The translations under genes were made by a program, and so were the position numbers. A model generated the notes under the pieces. The model did not search any database and was not told the DNA's origin. It saw nothing but the letters and a program-made list of their open reading frames with translations. DNA of 36,264 nucleotides, from NCBI RefSeq assembly GCF_001194135.2, contig NC_068994.1:46120514-46156777 (forward strand). The letters run 5' to 3'. Origin of the DNA: Octopus bimaculoides. Lineage: Eukaryota. Shown piece by piece: positions 1 to 14,030 of this stretch (positions within the stretch are counted from its first letter, which is position 1; every line of letters begins with the position of its first letter).

Positions 1-31
<31 letters not shown>

Positions 32-170
32 CATATATATATGCATAACTATATACGTATTTGCATACATATAGGCATATAAATGTATAAATAGATTATT
101 ATCAATATGACATCATTACTTCTTTCGTCCTGTGCTATTTTAGAAATTTCTAACAGAGGGAACGATCATA

Positions 171-430
171 CAGGGTGAGTCTCTGCCATTAACTTGTCTT
201 TGTTGTTATTATTATATTATTTTTGTTGACAATGCTGTACAATGACTCAATGTGTCTTTGCTAACATTAACTAATGTGACCTCACGTTTTTAAGAGATCA
301 GAAATAGACTTCAGAAAAACGTAGCAGATATTTCTAGCACTCGGTATGGGTCAGTTGTTAAGTAAAAGATGACTGAGTTAATGCAAGAAATGGTAAGAGA
401 TAAAACCATATATTTTAATATTATTTATAT
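171..430. mobile_element. Terminal fragment of a Tc1/mariner-type non-autonomous DNA transposon
   Basis: Begins TA|CAGGGTG, a typical Tc1/mariner terminus. The sequence resembles an octopus repeat I recall. The other end is not seen. Confidence 0.45.
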
Positions 431-455
431 TACTTATATATTGTTGACTTTATGT

Positions 456-530
<75 letters not shown>
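456..530. repeat. (GATA)n microsatellite; similar GATA/GACA compound tract at about 4320-4530
   Basis: Directly visible. Confidence 0.95.
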
Positions 531-531
<1 letters not shown>

Positions 532-1152
532 TATGTATGAATATATATNNNNNNNNNNGATAGATAGATAGATATATGTATGAATATATATATATGTATA
601 TATGTATATATATATATATATATACACACACATATATATGAGTGTGTGTGTATGTATGTATATCCATACATATATATACATATATATAATTTGTATGGTA
701 ACTTTATAACCGAAAACGTATGTGTGTGTGCGTTGTGTATGTGTATGTGTATGTAGGTATGTATGCGTATGAATGTGTATATGTATATATGCGTATGAAT
801 GTATATGTGTATATATGTATGCTTGTATCCGAAACACATTTAACTATATTAACATCCAGCTAGGTTTGAAAGCCATTCCGACAGTATATAGTGTCTTGTT
901 CCAGTACCTGCTGAGATATCCGTCTTTAACTCTACTATACATCCTGGTTGCACACTGAGAAAATTGAACTCTAAATTGTCAATTTGCGAAAATAATGTTT
1001 GCTTATGTCAATATCACGAACAGTCACACATACACACGGTCACACAAACATATATACATCTGCACAAACACATACATGTAAACACACACATGTATATATC
1101 TGCGTATATATATATAACATACATACATACATACATACATACATACATACAT

Positions 1153-1418
1153 GTCTTCCAGATGTTACCTTCCCATGAGGCATGACACGGTGGCTAGAAC
1201 AGCCTAGAACAGGATAACAAAAAAAGAAAACATTTACAGACGAAGTTGACCACATTAAGACCGATGTGTCAAAAGAATATTGCCAGAACTTGAAAATTAA
1301 AACAGCCACCAAGTTAAAACGCAACCGGCCATATATTGTTGTGTTGGAGCACAAGGAAAAGGTACCCTCACATGTGGAAATCAGTCGCCCTGTGGACGTC
1401 AATGTGATTAGAAAAATA

Positions 1419-1464
<46 letters not shown>

Positions 1465-1600
1465 GGAGCAACAGGATTCATACAAACCCGTCTGGAGTAA
1501 AGTATGGTTGAACTTGGATTCTTGGTCGGATCCTTAATTTCTACACTACAAATGATCATGATACCAGGGACTGTAAGACTCTTAAGATTTAAAGAATGAT
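1153..1600 (+). mobile_element. Decayed 3' part of an RLE-endonuclease non-LTR retrotransposon (R2 superfamily, R4/NeSL-like)
   Basis: Translates with stops and frameshifts as SRCYLPMRHDTVAR..., IKTATKLKRNRPYIVVLEHKEK...VEISRPVDVNV... and IGATG. These match the RHD and PD-(D/E)xK endonuclease region. It is interrupted by (TAT)n at about 1419-1464. Confidence 0.7.
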
Positions 1601-3813
1601 GAACAAAACAAGGTACTTTCCTTCACAGCCTTGCTACCAAGCAGAAGGTCACTCAAAATTTATCTTAAGTTATAAAGAGAAAGAGAAAATACATACACAT
1701 ATATGCATATATCCATATATATATATACATATATATGTACCTGCGTATGCTGTCTATACACTGTGATCCTCTGCTATTGTATCGAAATAAACCTATTCAA
1801 TTTATAAGGTGTGTATATGTGTATGTGTGCATATGTATATTAGCATGTTTAGCATATATATATGCGCACATGCTCAAGTATTACATACATATATATATAT
1901 ATATACACATATACGTATATTGTTTAATCAGTTTATTACCTATCACTACCTCTAAACAAACATCTATAATCTATGAAATCTCTTTAAACAGTTCACTAAT
2001 TCACCGGAAAAAAAATATTCTTTTATGAAGTGGCTTCAATTCTGGTGAAGCTTTTTGAACGATAATGAAAATCGATAATTGATCAATTGATTAAGAAATT
2101 CTGTAGATGAAACTCATGCAACACTTCGACCAGAATTAAATCCTCTACGAACTTCTTGAGAAGTAACTCAACAAGTTATTTGCAATGACCAGCTTCTTTC
2201 AGTGTATCTGTTCTTTAGTAATATATATATTAATAGATGTTGACGGATTGAAAGATGATCACTGGAATCTCTCTAAGTTCACATCGCTACAAATTTAGAA
2301 ATCAATATTGTGCTAATCCATGACAATACGTTATTTAATGTATTAAATACAGACACATACATACACACATACACATACATGCATATATACTTATATATAC
2401 ATATACATATATATATATATATATATATANNNNNNNNNNNNNNNNNNNNNNNNNNNNNNNNNNNNNNNNNNNNNNNNNNNNNNNNNNNNNNNNNNNNNNN
2501 NNNNNNNNNNNNNNNNNNNNNNNNNNNNNNNNNNNNNNNNNNNNNNNNNNNNNNNNNNNNNNNNNNNNNNNNNNNNNNNNNNNNNNNNNNNNNNNNNNNN
2601 NNNNNNNNNNNNNNNNNNNNNNNNNNNNNNNNNNNNNNNNNNNNNNNNNNNNNNNNNNNNNNNNNNNNNNNNNNNNNNNNNNNNNNNNNNNNNNNNNNNN
2701 NNNNNNNNNNNNNNNNNNNNNNNNNNNNNNNNNNNNNNNNNNNNNNNNNNNNNNNNNNNNNNNNNNNNNNNNNNNNNNNNNNNNNNNNNNNNNNNNNNNN
2801 NNNNNNNNNNNNNNNNNNNNNNNNNNNNNNNNNNNNNNNNNNNNNNNNNNNNNNNNNNNNNNNNNNNNNNNNNNNNNNNNNNNNNNNNNNNNNNNNNNNN
2901 NNNNNNNNNNNNNNNCTTAGCGGTCAGCCACATTTAAGTGGCAAATATACTTCACCTTGTCGTGCAGTTACTGTTAATACCTCGTTCAGAGATTTAACAT
3001 TGCTTTATTCACCGTTTCGTTTTCCTGTCTTGTTTTCCGTCCGCCACTACCCTCCACGAAACAAATTTAATTTGTGTTCGTGGGAAGAACCAGTTCAAGG
3101 ATGCGTACTGCCTTAATTCTTCGAAACGCCGGTGTTTTAATGGTGGCAGCTGATGAAGGAGATGTTTCTATGTGGCTTGCTTGTTTGTTGTACCTTGTTT
3201 ATCATTTTATCCATGTTCTTTTGCCACGTCATGTACCCAGTTATGTATCTATATGTACATACATGTACATATATATGCATATACTCATATATTNNNNNNN
3301 NNNNNNNNNNNNNNNNNNNNNNNNNNNNNNNNNNNNNNNNNNNNNNNNNNNNNNNNNNNNNNNNNNNNNNNNNNNNNNNNNNNNNNNNNNNNNNNNNNNN
3401 NNNNNNNNNNNNNNNNNNNNNNNNNNNNNNNNNNNNNNNNNNNNNNNNNNNNNNNNNNNNNNNNNNNNNNNNNNNNNNNNNNNNNNNNNNNNNNNNNNNN
3501 NNNNNNNNNNNNNNNNNNNNNNNNNNNNNNNNNNNNNNNNNNNNNNNNNNNNNNNNNNCCCATATTTCAGAAACGCTGGATAATTTTATAATGAATAGAC
3601 AAGGTGATTGGCTTTTCCCCCTGAAGCTTCCTAAAATGTAATCGTAAAATGTTTTACGTCCATTTAATCAGTGGGGACTAAGATGGTAGAAATCCAAATG
3701 CCAGTTCGTAGCATGTCAGTAAAAGAAATAATTGCCCGATATTCACATATGTATACGTATAAATTTATATGTATGCTGATATATTTATAAACACATGCAC
3801 TCACTCACTCACT

Positions 3814-3851
<38 letters not shown>

Positions 3852-3984
3852 CACACACATATATATATATATATATGCCAACGTACATGTTTGTACATAT
3901 ACAAAATTATATAATGTCATACTATGATCTATATTATATCATATGTGTATGTAGAAATGTGTGTATGTGCATGTATATATATAT

Positions 3985-4038
<54 letters not shown>

Positions 4039-4171
4039 ACACTCACGCGCGCATATATATGTATATCAATCTATATGTATGTTCATATATTAAATCATAT
4101 TTGTTATTATTATATATTATATAGGATGATATGTACATGTGTATATGTGTACGTATATACGTTCATATATA

Positions 4172-4242
<71 letters not shown>

Positions 4243-4405
4243 AGAAACACTCACACACATACACTGCATTTTATATATTCCCGTATCAATATATAATATC
4301 AGCTAAATAGATATGTTCACAGAAAGACAGACAGACAGAAAGATAAACAGACAGACAGAAAGATAAACAGACAGACAGACAACCAGACAGACAGACAGAT
4401 AGACG

Positions 4406-4442
<37 letters not shown>

Positions 4443-4494
4443 TTAGATAGATAGATAGATAGAAAAACAGACGACAGACAGAAAGGCAGACGAC

Positions 4495-4531
<37 letters not shown>

Positions 4532-4993
4532 CGCTCACAAACATATATACATGCGTAAATACATATATAGATACATACATACACATACAAACACGCATAA
4601 TGCACACATACATACACACATACATACATACATACACACACACACGTTCCAAAACATGCAATTCTTACGGACGAGTAAGTTATATGAGATGCTTTACCAT
4701 CGGCATAAATAGGCACTAATGCAAGCTAAAACTTCGATGTGACCTTCATCGTGATTGGTTTTCGTGACAGAGAACTACTTGGAAACCATTAAATAAGATC
4801 AAGCAACTTTGCAGCCCTCGTTCACGTCTATCGATCAACAATTGGTGTCAAAAGTTGAACACGATTCAATATGGCTTCCGTAGATCGAGAAGTAGATTGA
4901 AAAAAAAAACCATGTGACAGTCTTCAGTTTTTCATTCTACCTCTTGGAGCGTGCCTTATTGCATATACGTATATGCATAAACCACACCCCAAC

Positions 4994-5028
<35 letters not shown>

Positions 5029-6444
5029 ACACACATGCATACACACGTTTGTGTAAATATATACGCGTATTTACGCATGTGTGTACAGATGTACATATGC
5101 GTAATGTCAGTGTACGTTTGTATGCACATGGATGTTAAATATATGTATATATGAATAATTATATATATATATAAGTTATGTAATGACATGCATGTGTGCG
5201 TATCGGCACATATGTGTGTGAGTCTGTGTGTGTTAGAGCGTGCGTCTGTGTAAGCTTGTATGTATGCATGTATGGATGAACGCATATATATATATATATA
5301 TGGATATATATGTGCGTATATGCGTATTTGAATGTATATATGTATATATAACACTGCAAATAAGAATACATAAATATATATGCCTTTATGTCGAAAGCAA
5401 TACGTTTATGTAGTATGTGTGTGTGCGTGTATATATATGTATATATATATATATATATNNNNNNNNNNNNNNNNNNNNNNNNNNNNNNNNNNNNNNNNNN
5501 NNNNNNNNNNNNNNNNNNNNNNNNNNNNNNNNNNNNNNNNNNNNNNNNNNNNNNNNNNNNNNNNNNNNNNNNNNNNNNNNNNNNNNNNNNNNNNNNNNNN
5601 NNNNNNNNNNNNNNNNNNNNNNNNNNNNNNNNNNNNNNNNNNNNNNNNNNNNNNNNNNNNNNNNNNNNNNNNNNNNNNNNNNNNNNNNNNNNNNNNNNNN
5701 NNNNNNNNNNNNNNNNNNNNNNNNNNNNNNNNNNNNNNNNNNNNNNNNNNNNNNNNNNNNNNNNNNNNNNNNNNNNNNNNNNNNNNNNNNNNNNNNNNNN
5801 NNNNNNNNNNNNNNNNNNNNNNNNNNNNNNNNNNNNNNNNNNNNNNNNNNNNNNNNNNNNNNNNNNNNNNNNNNNNNNNNNNNNNNNNNNNNNNNNNNNN
5901 NNNNNNNNNNNNNNNNNNNNNNNNNNNNNNNNNNNNNNNNNNNNNNNNNNNNNNNNNNNNNNNNNNNNNNNNNNNNNNNNNNNNNNNNNNNNNNNNNNNN
6001 NNNNNNNNNNNNNNNNNNNNNNNNNNNNNNNNNNNNNNNNNNNNNNNNNNNNNNNNNNNNNNNNNNNNNNNNNNNNNNNNNNNNNNNNNNNNNNNNNNNN
6101 NNNNNNNNNNNNNNNNNNNNNNNNNNNNNNNNNNNNNNNNNNNNNNNNNNNNNNNNNNNNNNNNNNNNNNNNNNNNNNNNNNATATATATATATATATAC
6201 ATGTGTAAGGGTATATCACTATTATGAGAATATGTATTTACACATGCATGCTAGTGTGTTTGCGTTTTTGTGTTTGAATGTGTGTGTGTGTGTTCTGTTA
6301 GTTGTAGATGTATCTGCGTTTGTGCCAGTGCATGCGCATACATACTCATGTAGAGAACCATTACCGTAATAAAATCAAACAACAGGGGATGCAATCTCCA
6401 TCTTGAAAGGCGGCAAAATAATGGAAAAGCCTTAAGTCAGTAGA

Positions 6445-6727
6445 TGAAAAATATGTATTAATACCCGGAGATATGGCATCAAACAATGTAGTAGTTATCT
6501 CTAAGTGATTTTCAGAAGAGGTTATCCTTAAAGAAATTGCTATATTACTTGAACACCTGATTTATATATATAAAATATATATAAAAATTACAAAATGGCT
6601 GCGGTGTAGCTGTAGATAAAACATGGTGGAAAATATAGTCAGGGCTATCGGACATGCGCAAAAGATTTTGATCCATAGTTTCTCGATAATGAAATTGGAT
6701 TTATTTGTTCTGTATTGGAAACCTAAC
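6445..6727 (+). mobile_element. Penelope-like element RT N-terminal relic
   Basis: KYVLIPGDMASNNVVVISK*FSEEVILKEI and DLFVLYWKPN resemble the PLE motifs (YVLVPADKASNNV..CK..Y and LP.LYW.PKLHK). Confidence 0.55.
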
Positions 6728-6849
6728 ATATATATTTGTGTACTATGCTATATGTGTTTGCGCGTATGTGTCCTAGCTCTAAAGTCACATAAAAAGAAGA
6801 AATGTGCATACGTGTGCGTGTGTGTGTGTGTGTGCATATATGCGCTATG

Positions 6850-6953
<104 letters not shown>

Positions 6954-7454
6954 AATAGATATGCATACATACATATATGCATTTGTGCATGTATGCGCTT
7001 TAATGTTTACAAAGCATGTATTTTTGCATGTATATATGTACGTATGTGCATATAAAGATATATTTATGTGTGTATGTATATGTGTGTATATACACCTATA
7101 TGTAGGTATACATATACATACGCTTATATACATGTATGAAAACTGACATGCTCACACACACACACGTATACAACACACATTTATACGTGTGCATATATAT
7201 AAATCAGGTGTTTAGGTAATATAGCAATTTCTTCAAGGATAAATGTGTGTGTTTGTGTGTATGTATGTGTGTATGCATGTATGTGTGTATGTATGTATGT
7301 GTGTATATATATATACATACATAATTATCAGAGAGAGAGAGAGACGAGGGACAAGAGGGGGAGGGAGAAAGAGAGAGAGAAAAAGAGGAAGAGAATGTGG
7401 CGAAGAATATATTTCGACATTTATTTATCAATATAAAGATGAAAGGGATAAATA

Positions 7455-7620
7455 TGGCGGTAAAGGCACTGGTCTGTGGCTTGTCAAAAATATTACTGTG
7501 ACAGATACTTGCATTATTTACTTGTGTATTTCCAAGTTCTGGTTTCAAATCTGACGTGGGTCAACTTCGCAGTTTAACTTTCCGAGGTCGATGAAATAAT
7601 ACTAATTAAGATCTGGACGC
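7455..7620 (+). mobile_element. Diverged tRNA-derived SINE (family A, Nin/Deu-domain-like)
   Basis: Eroded head (ggcggtaaag...gttctggtttcaaatc) followed by gtcaacttc...ctttccgaggtcgatgaaat. Confidence 0.5.
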
Positions 7621-7699
7621 AATCTAAGACAGCTATTCATTCTACGAAATTGTTTTGCCTTATTTCGATATCAGCAGTCAATACTTAAAATAATATGCC

Positions 7700-8075
7700 T
7701 ACTGCGTGGCACCTTGGGCAAGTGTCCTCTAAAGCAGGGGTTTCCAAACTGTGGTCCGTGGACCACAGGGGGTCCGCAAGGACAAGACAGGGGTTCTGTG
7801 GACAGCAAATACATTTTATGGGCAATCTGATTTTATATATGTTTTTTAATCGAAATCTTTTAATTGACAATAAACCTATTTGTTAAATACTGTTAAATAA
7901 ATAAATGTAAAAATATGTGTTATTTTAAGCAAATATTTATGTATAAATTTCATAAGCGTTTATAACGGGGTCCCTAAAGTAAAGCCTGAAATATAAAGGG
8001 GTCCGCAAGTCAAAAAGTTTGAAAACCCCTGCTCTAAAGGATCAGACCGTCCAAAACCTTGTGAGAGGATTTGAT
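7700..8075 (+). mobile_element. CORE-like SINE fragment (family B) split by a hAT MITE
   Basis: ctgcgtggcaccttgggcaagtgtc lies left of the MITE and ccaaaaccttgtgagaggatttg lies right of it, colinear with the copy at 11380. Confidence 0.65.
7735..8031. mobile_element. hAT (Charlie-like) MITE, 297 bp
   Basis: 16-bp TIRs CAGGGGTTTCCAAACT and AGTTTGAAAACCCCTG (15/16 match). Perfect 8-bp TSD CTCTAAAG at 7727-7734 and 8032-8039. Confidence 0.92.
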
Positions 8076-8690
8076 ATCTATATAAATAATAATTTATATA
8101 TGTGTGTGTGTGTGTGTGTGTAAAAACGTATGTGTAAGATACAAGATTTCTGTCTTAAATTTTCATGGCAGGTAGAGTATTCTTCCGATGGTATTACTGT
8201 GGACATTCGCATTTTTATTTATCAGACGCTCGTTTCATTTAAATATTCTTAATCTACAGCAGCGGCTTCTGTCTGTGTCTGTTTGAGCATACTCACGATT
8301 GGCTATTCTGCGGAGAATGATGTCGATGAGCAAGCTAGTGTGTAGGTACGCCATCACACACACACACGCAGTGAGTAGTATTATGCATTTTAATGCGTTG
8401 CATGGCTCGGTTTGCATAATTGGTATGCATTTGATGAAACTTCAAGATATCTGTTCTTTCTTTTTCTTTTTCTTTTTGCATATTCATTCGGGAGGGTTTC
8501 GGAATATTTAAAATGAAAATCATGTCCATAACACATAACACATAACACTGACACTCTTGCAACTATTGGTGAGTGTTTTATTTTGGTTCAGAATATCCCA
8601 AAAGATGTGAGAATTATTAATTGTGTGTGCGTGTGTGTGGACGCGCGCTTGTCTGTATATATATGTATGTATGTACATATATATATATAT

Positions 8691-8734
<44 letters not shown>

Positions 8735-8831
8735 GTATATATCTATATACGTATATATCTATATACATATATATATACACATATATATACATATATATAT
8801 GAGAGAGAGAGAGAGGGAGAGTTATATATGC

Positions 8832-8878
<47 letters not shown>

Positions 8879-9060
8879 CACACGAATAGTATATGTGTAC
8901 TACACATATAATATATATATATATATATATTATACACACATATACATATATATGTATACATACAAATGGTATGTGTATAACACACATATAGTATATATAT
9001 ATAGATGCATGTATCTATGTAAAAACACACACACACACACTCATACACATACACACATAC

Positions 9061-9104
<44 letters not shown>

Positions 9105-9111
9105 CAGAGAA

Positions 9112-9345
9112 ACGCAGTTACATAATTACTTTTTATTGCTAGTTTGGGGCAATTAACACCTTTCGCTTGTAATATGTTCTCTGTATTCTGGCGAAAAGGA
9201 AAACAATTTTTTAAGTAGTTTTCAACTTCAAGTCATAAACTACAGTTAAAGTAGAGTTCTGCCAAAGGAATTAAAACGTATTATGACAGAAATATCATTT
9301 GTAATACTACACTGCTAAAATATTGGAACAACTAGCGGAATAATA
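9112..9345 (+). repeat. Diverged direct repeat, copy 1 (partner at 10833-11075)
   Basis: Colinear shared blocks such as gcaattaacac, agtcataaa.tacagttaaag.agagttct, gtattatg..acagaaa.atcatt. Confidence 0.75.
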
Positions 9346-9371
9346 GTAATGATAATAGTAATGACAATGAC

Positions 9372-9737
<366 letters not shown>

Positions 9738-9796
9738 ACACGAACACAAACACACACACACAAACATACATACATACACACATACACACACAGACA

Positions 9797-9859
<63 letters not shown>

Positions 9860-9869
9860 TCATATTTAT

Positions 9870-10085
9870 GGACGTGCATAGCTGTGCAGTTAAGAAGTTC
9901 GTTTTGCAATCATGTGTCCTCTGGTTCAGCCCCACTTTGCAATATCCTATATGCCAATATATAGCGAGTGTATTCGGTAGAAAGAAACTGTCGAAAACCC
10001 GTCGTATATGTATGTTTGCATGTGTGTATACCTATAAGCGTGTATGAGTATGTGTTTATGCTCATCTCTAACCGCTTGACCTGTA
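9870..10085 (+). mobile_element. Diverged CORE-like SINE (family B)
   Basis: ggttcagccccact ... ggtagaaagaaactgtcgaaaacccgtcgtatatg, homologous to 11380-11550. Confidence 0.5.
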
Positions 10086-10832
10086 TGTCTATTCATCAGA
10101 GGTTATCTAGGTCAAGGTTGGTCAAGGTTTATATAAAAGCAATATATTGTCACTAGTTTCAGTCATGGAATTGTGGCCATGCTTGGGCACCCTCTGCAAA
10201 AGGTTTATGTTTTTTTATATTTATTCCGGTACTCCATCTTGGTGCTCGGTATTTTATTGGATTGTATTGTCTATGTTCAGTCCACTGCAAGACGAAGGCG
10301 TCAGCACGTTCTCCCTACCAACCCCTGTCTGTTGTGGCGGTTGTGAATTTGAACTTGAGATCATACTGGTTTGATGAGCCTACACTTCCACACTGGCTCC
10401 AGATGGTTTGGTAGAGGTGTGCAGTCTTTTTATATTCTTACCCAGGAGTACTTTTTATATTAACCGCATAAAAGTGTGTATGGGTTGGCGTGCAAAACAG
10501 AGTTCGGTTGGGTTTGACCTCAGAACTTAAAATGACTTAACTAATTACTACAATTTATTCTTTTTTATATATTCATTTAAATTTTAAACAACTATAGACG
10601 GAGTGCACTTATTCTCAATTTATCGAAGTTTGTAAACTCATTGATCATTTAAGGTATTGAGTTTATTTCAAATATATAAATCTTTTCAGTAATACAGAGC
10701 CTGCAAATCTTGAAACCACTGGTGTATGGTTTGTTTTGATTCCGTATATCCTGAATGGTCTTAATATTACCTATTCCTTTTTTTGCTTTTCAATATCTAT
10801 ATATGTTACTATATTTATATAAATATAATACA

Positions 10833-11075
10833 AACACAGTTATATAATTTTGATACTGTTAAGTGTGTGCAATTAACACTTCATGCTAATAATGCCTTCC
10901 GCCGTAACTGGTGGAAAGAAAATATAATCTTTCTTTTATTTCTTCAAATATTTTACAACTTCAGTCATAAATTACAGTTAAAGAGAGTTCTGCGGGTGGA
11001 ATGAAAATGTATTATGTGACAGAAACATCATTCTTGTAACACCATATCGCTAAAGACTTTTAAACAACAACGGAA
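10833..11075 (+). repeat. Diverged direct repeat, copy 2 (partner at 9112-9345)
   Basis: Same colinear blocks as copy 1, with many substitutions and small indels. Confidence 0.75.
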
Positions 11076-11379
11076 ATGGTTTCAACGACAATGATCATTT
11101 CTAAAGTAGGCACGAGGGAACAAATTAAGGTGCTCAAATCATATCTGGTTAAGAACACGATTTACAGTACATCATTACAGCAATAAACGACCACGTAGGA
11201 CTATTGTAGCTAAAACTAATAACCAGCCACAGTATATCCTTGTACCATGGCCATCGGGCCGTTTCAATGGATGATCGCGAAACCGTTGAGCTATTATCAT
11301 TTGTCATTTAATAACTGTATATATGTAGCATCTATCCGGTGGGTAACCAAGAAGATTCTTAACTGTGCAACATACACAT

Positions 11380-11802
11380 GGCGTAGGAGTGACTGTGTGG
11401 AAAGTAGCTTGCTTACCAACCGCATGGTTCCGGGTTCAGTCCCACTGCGTGGCACCTTGGGCAAGTGTCTTCTACCATAGCCTCGGGCCGACCAAAGCCT
11501 TGTGAGTGGATTTGGTAGACGGAAACTAAAAGAAGCCCGTTGTATATATATGTATATATATATATATGTGTGTGTGTGTTTGTGTGTCTGTGTTTGTCCC
11601 CCTAGCATTGCTTGACAACCGATGTTGGTGTGTTTATGTCACCGTCACTTAGCGGTTCGGCAAAAGAGACCGATAGAATAAGCACTAGGCTTACAAAGAA
11701 TAAGTCCCGGGGTCGATATGCTCGACTAAAGGCGGTGCTCCAGCATGGCCGCAGTGAAATGACTGAAACAAGTAAAAGAGTAAAAGAGTAAAGAGTAAGA
11801 GT
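11380..11802 (+). mobile_element. Full-length tRNA-derived CORE-like SINE (family B)
   Basis: tRNA-like head with B-box (ggttcagtccc), CORE-like gcaccttgggcaagtgtctt, an internal (TA/TG) tract, a 3' half ending ggtgctccagcatggccgcag...gaaacaag, and an (AAGAGTA)n tail. Confidence 0.88.
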
Positions 11803-12164
11803 ATACCATGTACACATTTTCTTGTGCATGTGTGTGTGCGTGCGTGTGTATATGTGTGTGTGCGTGTGTATATGTGTGTGTGTGTGAGAGATTCTGTTTG
11901 TCTGCCTGTCTGTGGGTGGAGGAGGCGGGGGCGGGGGTAAATCAAAGTTAAAACAAGAACAGGATAAACAACATAAGTCAAAAGGTCGCAAAGTGAATAT
12001 ATTAGATTGACACCCAGTGAAAGTTTAAGATGGCAGATAGGAGGGAGGGGTGCAACGTTTCAATCATGGCTCTTCGTCAGAAAGAGGAAAAGGGGAAAGA
12101 TTCCCAGAGAGAAGGAAGAGGACACTCCGAGAAAAGCACGTGCATTATTATGCTGTGCGTGTGC

Positions 12165-12244
<80 letters not shown>

Positions 12245-12707
12245 ATGAAAGTGTCACAATATATGTGTGTGAGTGTGCACTTGAACAGGAGATCACTTCC
12301 CACATATGTGTATGTCTCGATAATTCAAACGGTAACTGCAATCGATTGATTTAATTTCACTTTTAATTTAAAACTATTTGTCCTATATCTGAATAAGGGA
12401 AATGACAGCGACCTCTATTCATGACTGGTCACCACCCCTTCACTGGAACTTTACTATTCTTGCCCTGAATGGAATTGGTGACATCTCATCTCATCTATAA
12501 TGGCATCCAACATACTCGCTGGCAATAACGGTCAGATGCCAATCACGTTCTCTACTTGGATATTTGTTGGCGAATGCTTGGTTTTTGATTTGAATTATAT
12601 TAAAGAACTCATTATCCGCTTTACCGGATAATGTGTATGTATGTATGTATGTATGTATACACGCATACATATGCACATGCGTGTGCATGTGTATGCGTAT
12701 TCATGAA

Positions 12708-12740
<33 letters not shown>

Positions 12741-12814
12741 TATGCATATAGCCCCACTTAAAAGTGTATTTCTGTTGGAATGAAAATAACATACATACAT
12801 ATATACGTGCAAAT

Positions 12815-12846
<32 letters not shown>

Positions 12847-13034
12847 TATATACATATACATATGTGTATTATGTATGTATGTATGTAGGTATGTCATTGT
12901 TCAGTTTTATTTCAAGATTTCTTGCCAATAGAGTAAGAACCGGTTCCTAACCTAGATCCAAGGCCCCTTCATTGAAATTTCAACATCAAGAACAGGGTAT
13001 GTTTAACCTGACAATTTTTCTGTAAACTTAAGGA

Positions 13035-13255
13035 TTATGCTAATATTCTTTCAAATTTTGGCACAGGGGGTCAAGTGGGGTGAAGTCTATTACATCAACC
13101 CCAGTGCTCAACTGGTGCTTATTTTATCTATCCTAAACGGGTGAAAGGCAAAGTTGACCTTGGTGGCATTTGAACGCAGAACGTAAAGAACTGGAAGAAA
13201 TGCCACTATACATTTTGTCCGAAGTGCTTACGACTCTGCCATCACCCCGCCTTAA
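13035..13255 (-). mobile_element. tRNA-derived SINE (family A), first of a tandem pair
   Basis: Colinear with the 35910-36130 copy from head (ccgccttaa) to 3' end. Confidence 0.8.
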
Positions 13256-13257
13256 GG

Positions 13258-13490
13258 GTATTACTGATATTGATCTCAAACTTTGGCACATGGCCAGCAA
13301 TTTCGGAGTGGGTTAAATCGATTATATCGACCCCAGTACTCAACTGGTTCTTATTTTACTGACCCCTGCCTCCCGAAAGGATGAAAGGCAAAATCGACCT
13401 CGGCGGAATTTGAACTCAGAACATGAAGGCTGATGAAACACTAAGCATTCCGCCCGGCGTGCTAACGATTCTGCCAGCTCGACACGTTAA
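13258..13490 (-). mobile_element. tRNA-derived SINE (family A), second of a tandem pair
   Basis: ccgaaaggatgaaaggcaaaatcgacctcggcggaatttgaactcagaac...cgtgctaacgattctgccagctcg. A-box and B-box are visible on the minus strand. Confidence 0.88.
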
Positions 13491-13519
13491 GGATAATGCT
13501 AATATTGACAGTAAGTGTA

Positions 13520-14030
13520 ATCTCTATTGAACTCATCACTTGCTACATCACATCATATTTCAAAGGTTATGCTTTGACGATTCAAGAGCGGTATGCGGCT
13601 GCAAAGTGCCGAATGAAGAAAAGAGGCAGCGAAGCCCTTCAGCATCCAGAAGCAACCAAAAGTGTCGATTATATTACATTTCCGTGGAAGATATTACATT
13701 CCAATATGCTGTTATTGCTAAAAAAAAAAGAAAACATAAAAGACCAATGGGATCTAAAGGAAAGATTGCTCTGGAATAAATATATAGAATACCGGTCTTG
13801 CAGATTATATACATTCATATCAACACAGAGAATATCGGTGGAACCTTCCCATCAAAACTTCTGTCAAGCCCTAACATTATGAACGTCATAAAGTTAAGAC
13901 AGAACAAAATTATGTACAGTCATAGATGTCAGCTATTCTCCAGATGTGGACCTTTCTTCTAGGCTAAGTGTGAACAAGAATATTTATAGACAATCACTTT
14001 GAAACCCTTCGGCTTCTTTAACAAGATTAT
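13520..14030 (+). mobile_element. Decayed RLE-type non-LTR retrotransposon 3' region (same clade as 1153-1600)
   Basis: Across frameshifts it reads TSYFKGYALTIQE..., KCRLYYISVEDIT (eroded CCHC knuckle), EYRWNLPIKTSVK and KLCTVIDVSYSPDVD...KNIY (eroded PD-D/E-x-K region). Confidence 0.6.

Noticed and set aside
908-954. Minus-strand ttttctcag|TGT GCA ACC AGG ATG... as the next BTB exon (CATRMYSRV)
   Set aside because: The Cys frame is phase 0 but exon 5 ends in phase 2. The compatible frame (VQPGCIVELK) does not resemble the family.
3095-3165. GAAAC-GCCG-GT followed by CTGATGA, a possible hammerhead or Penelope terminus
   Set aside because: The cleavage triplet would be GUG and no consistent stems I or II can be drawn. 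At most an eroded PLE end.
10430-10545. Donor-like TGG|GTAAGA
   Set aside because: It lies in a highly eroded family A SINE, with no acceptor or open exon.
11380-11450. tRNA-like sequences at SINE heads (also near 13430, 29840, 36060)
   Set aside because: They have A/B boxes but no complete cloverleaf and are fused to SINE bodies, so they are not tRNA genes.
12045-12085. Minus-strand CTGACGA...GAAACGTT
   Set aside because: No stem I and a poor stem II.
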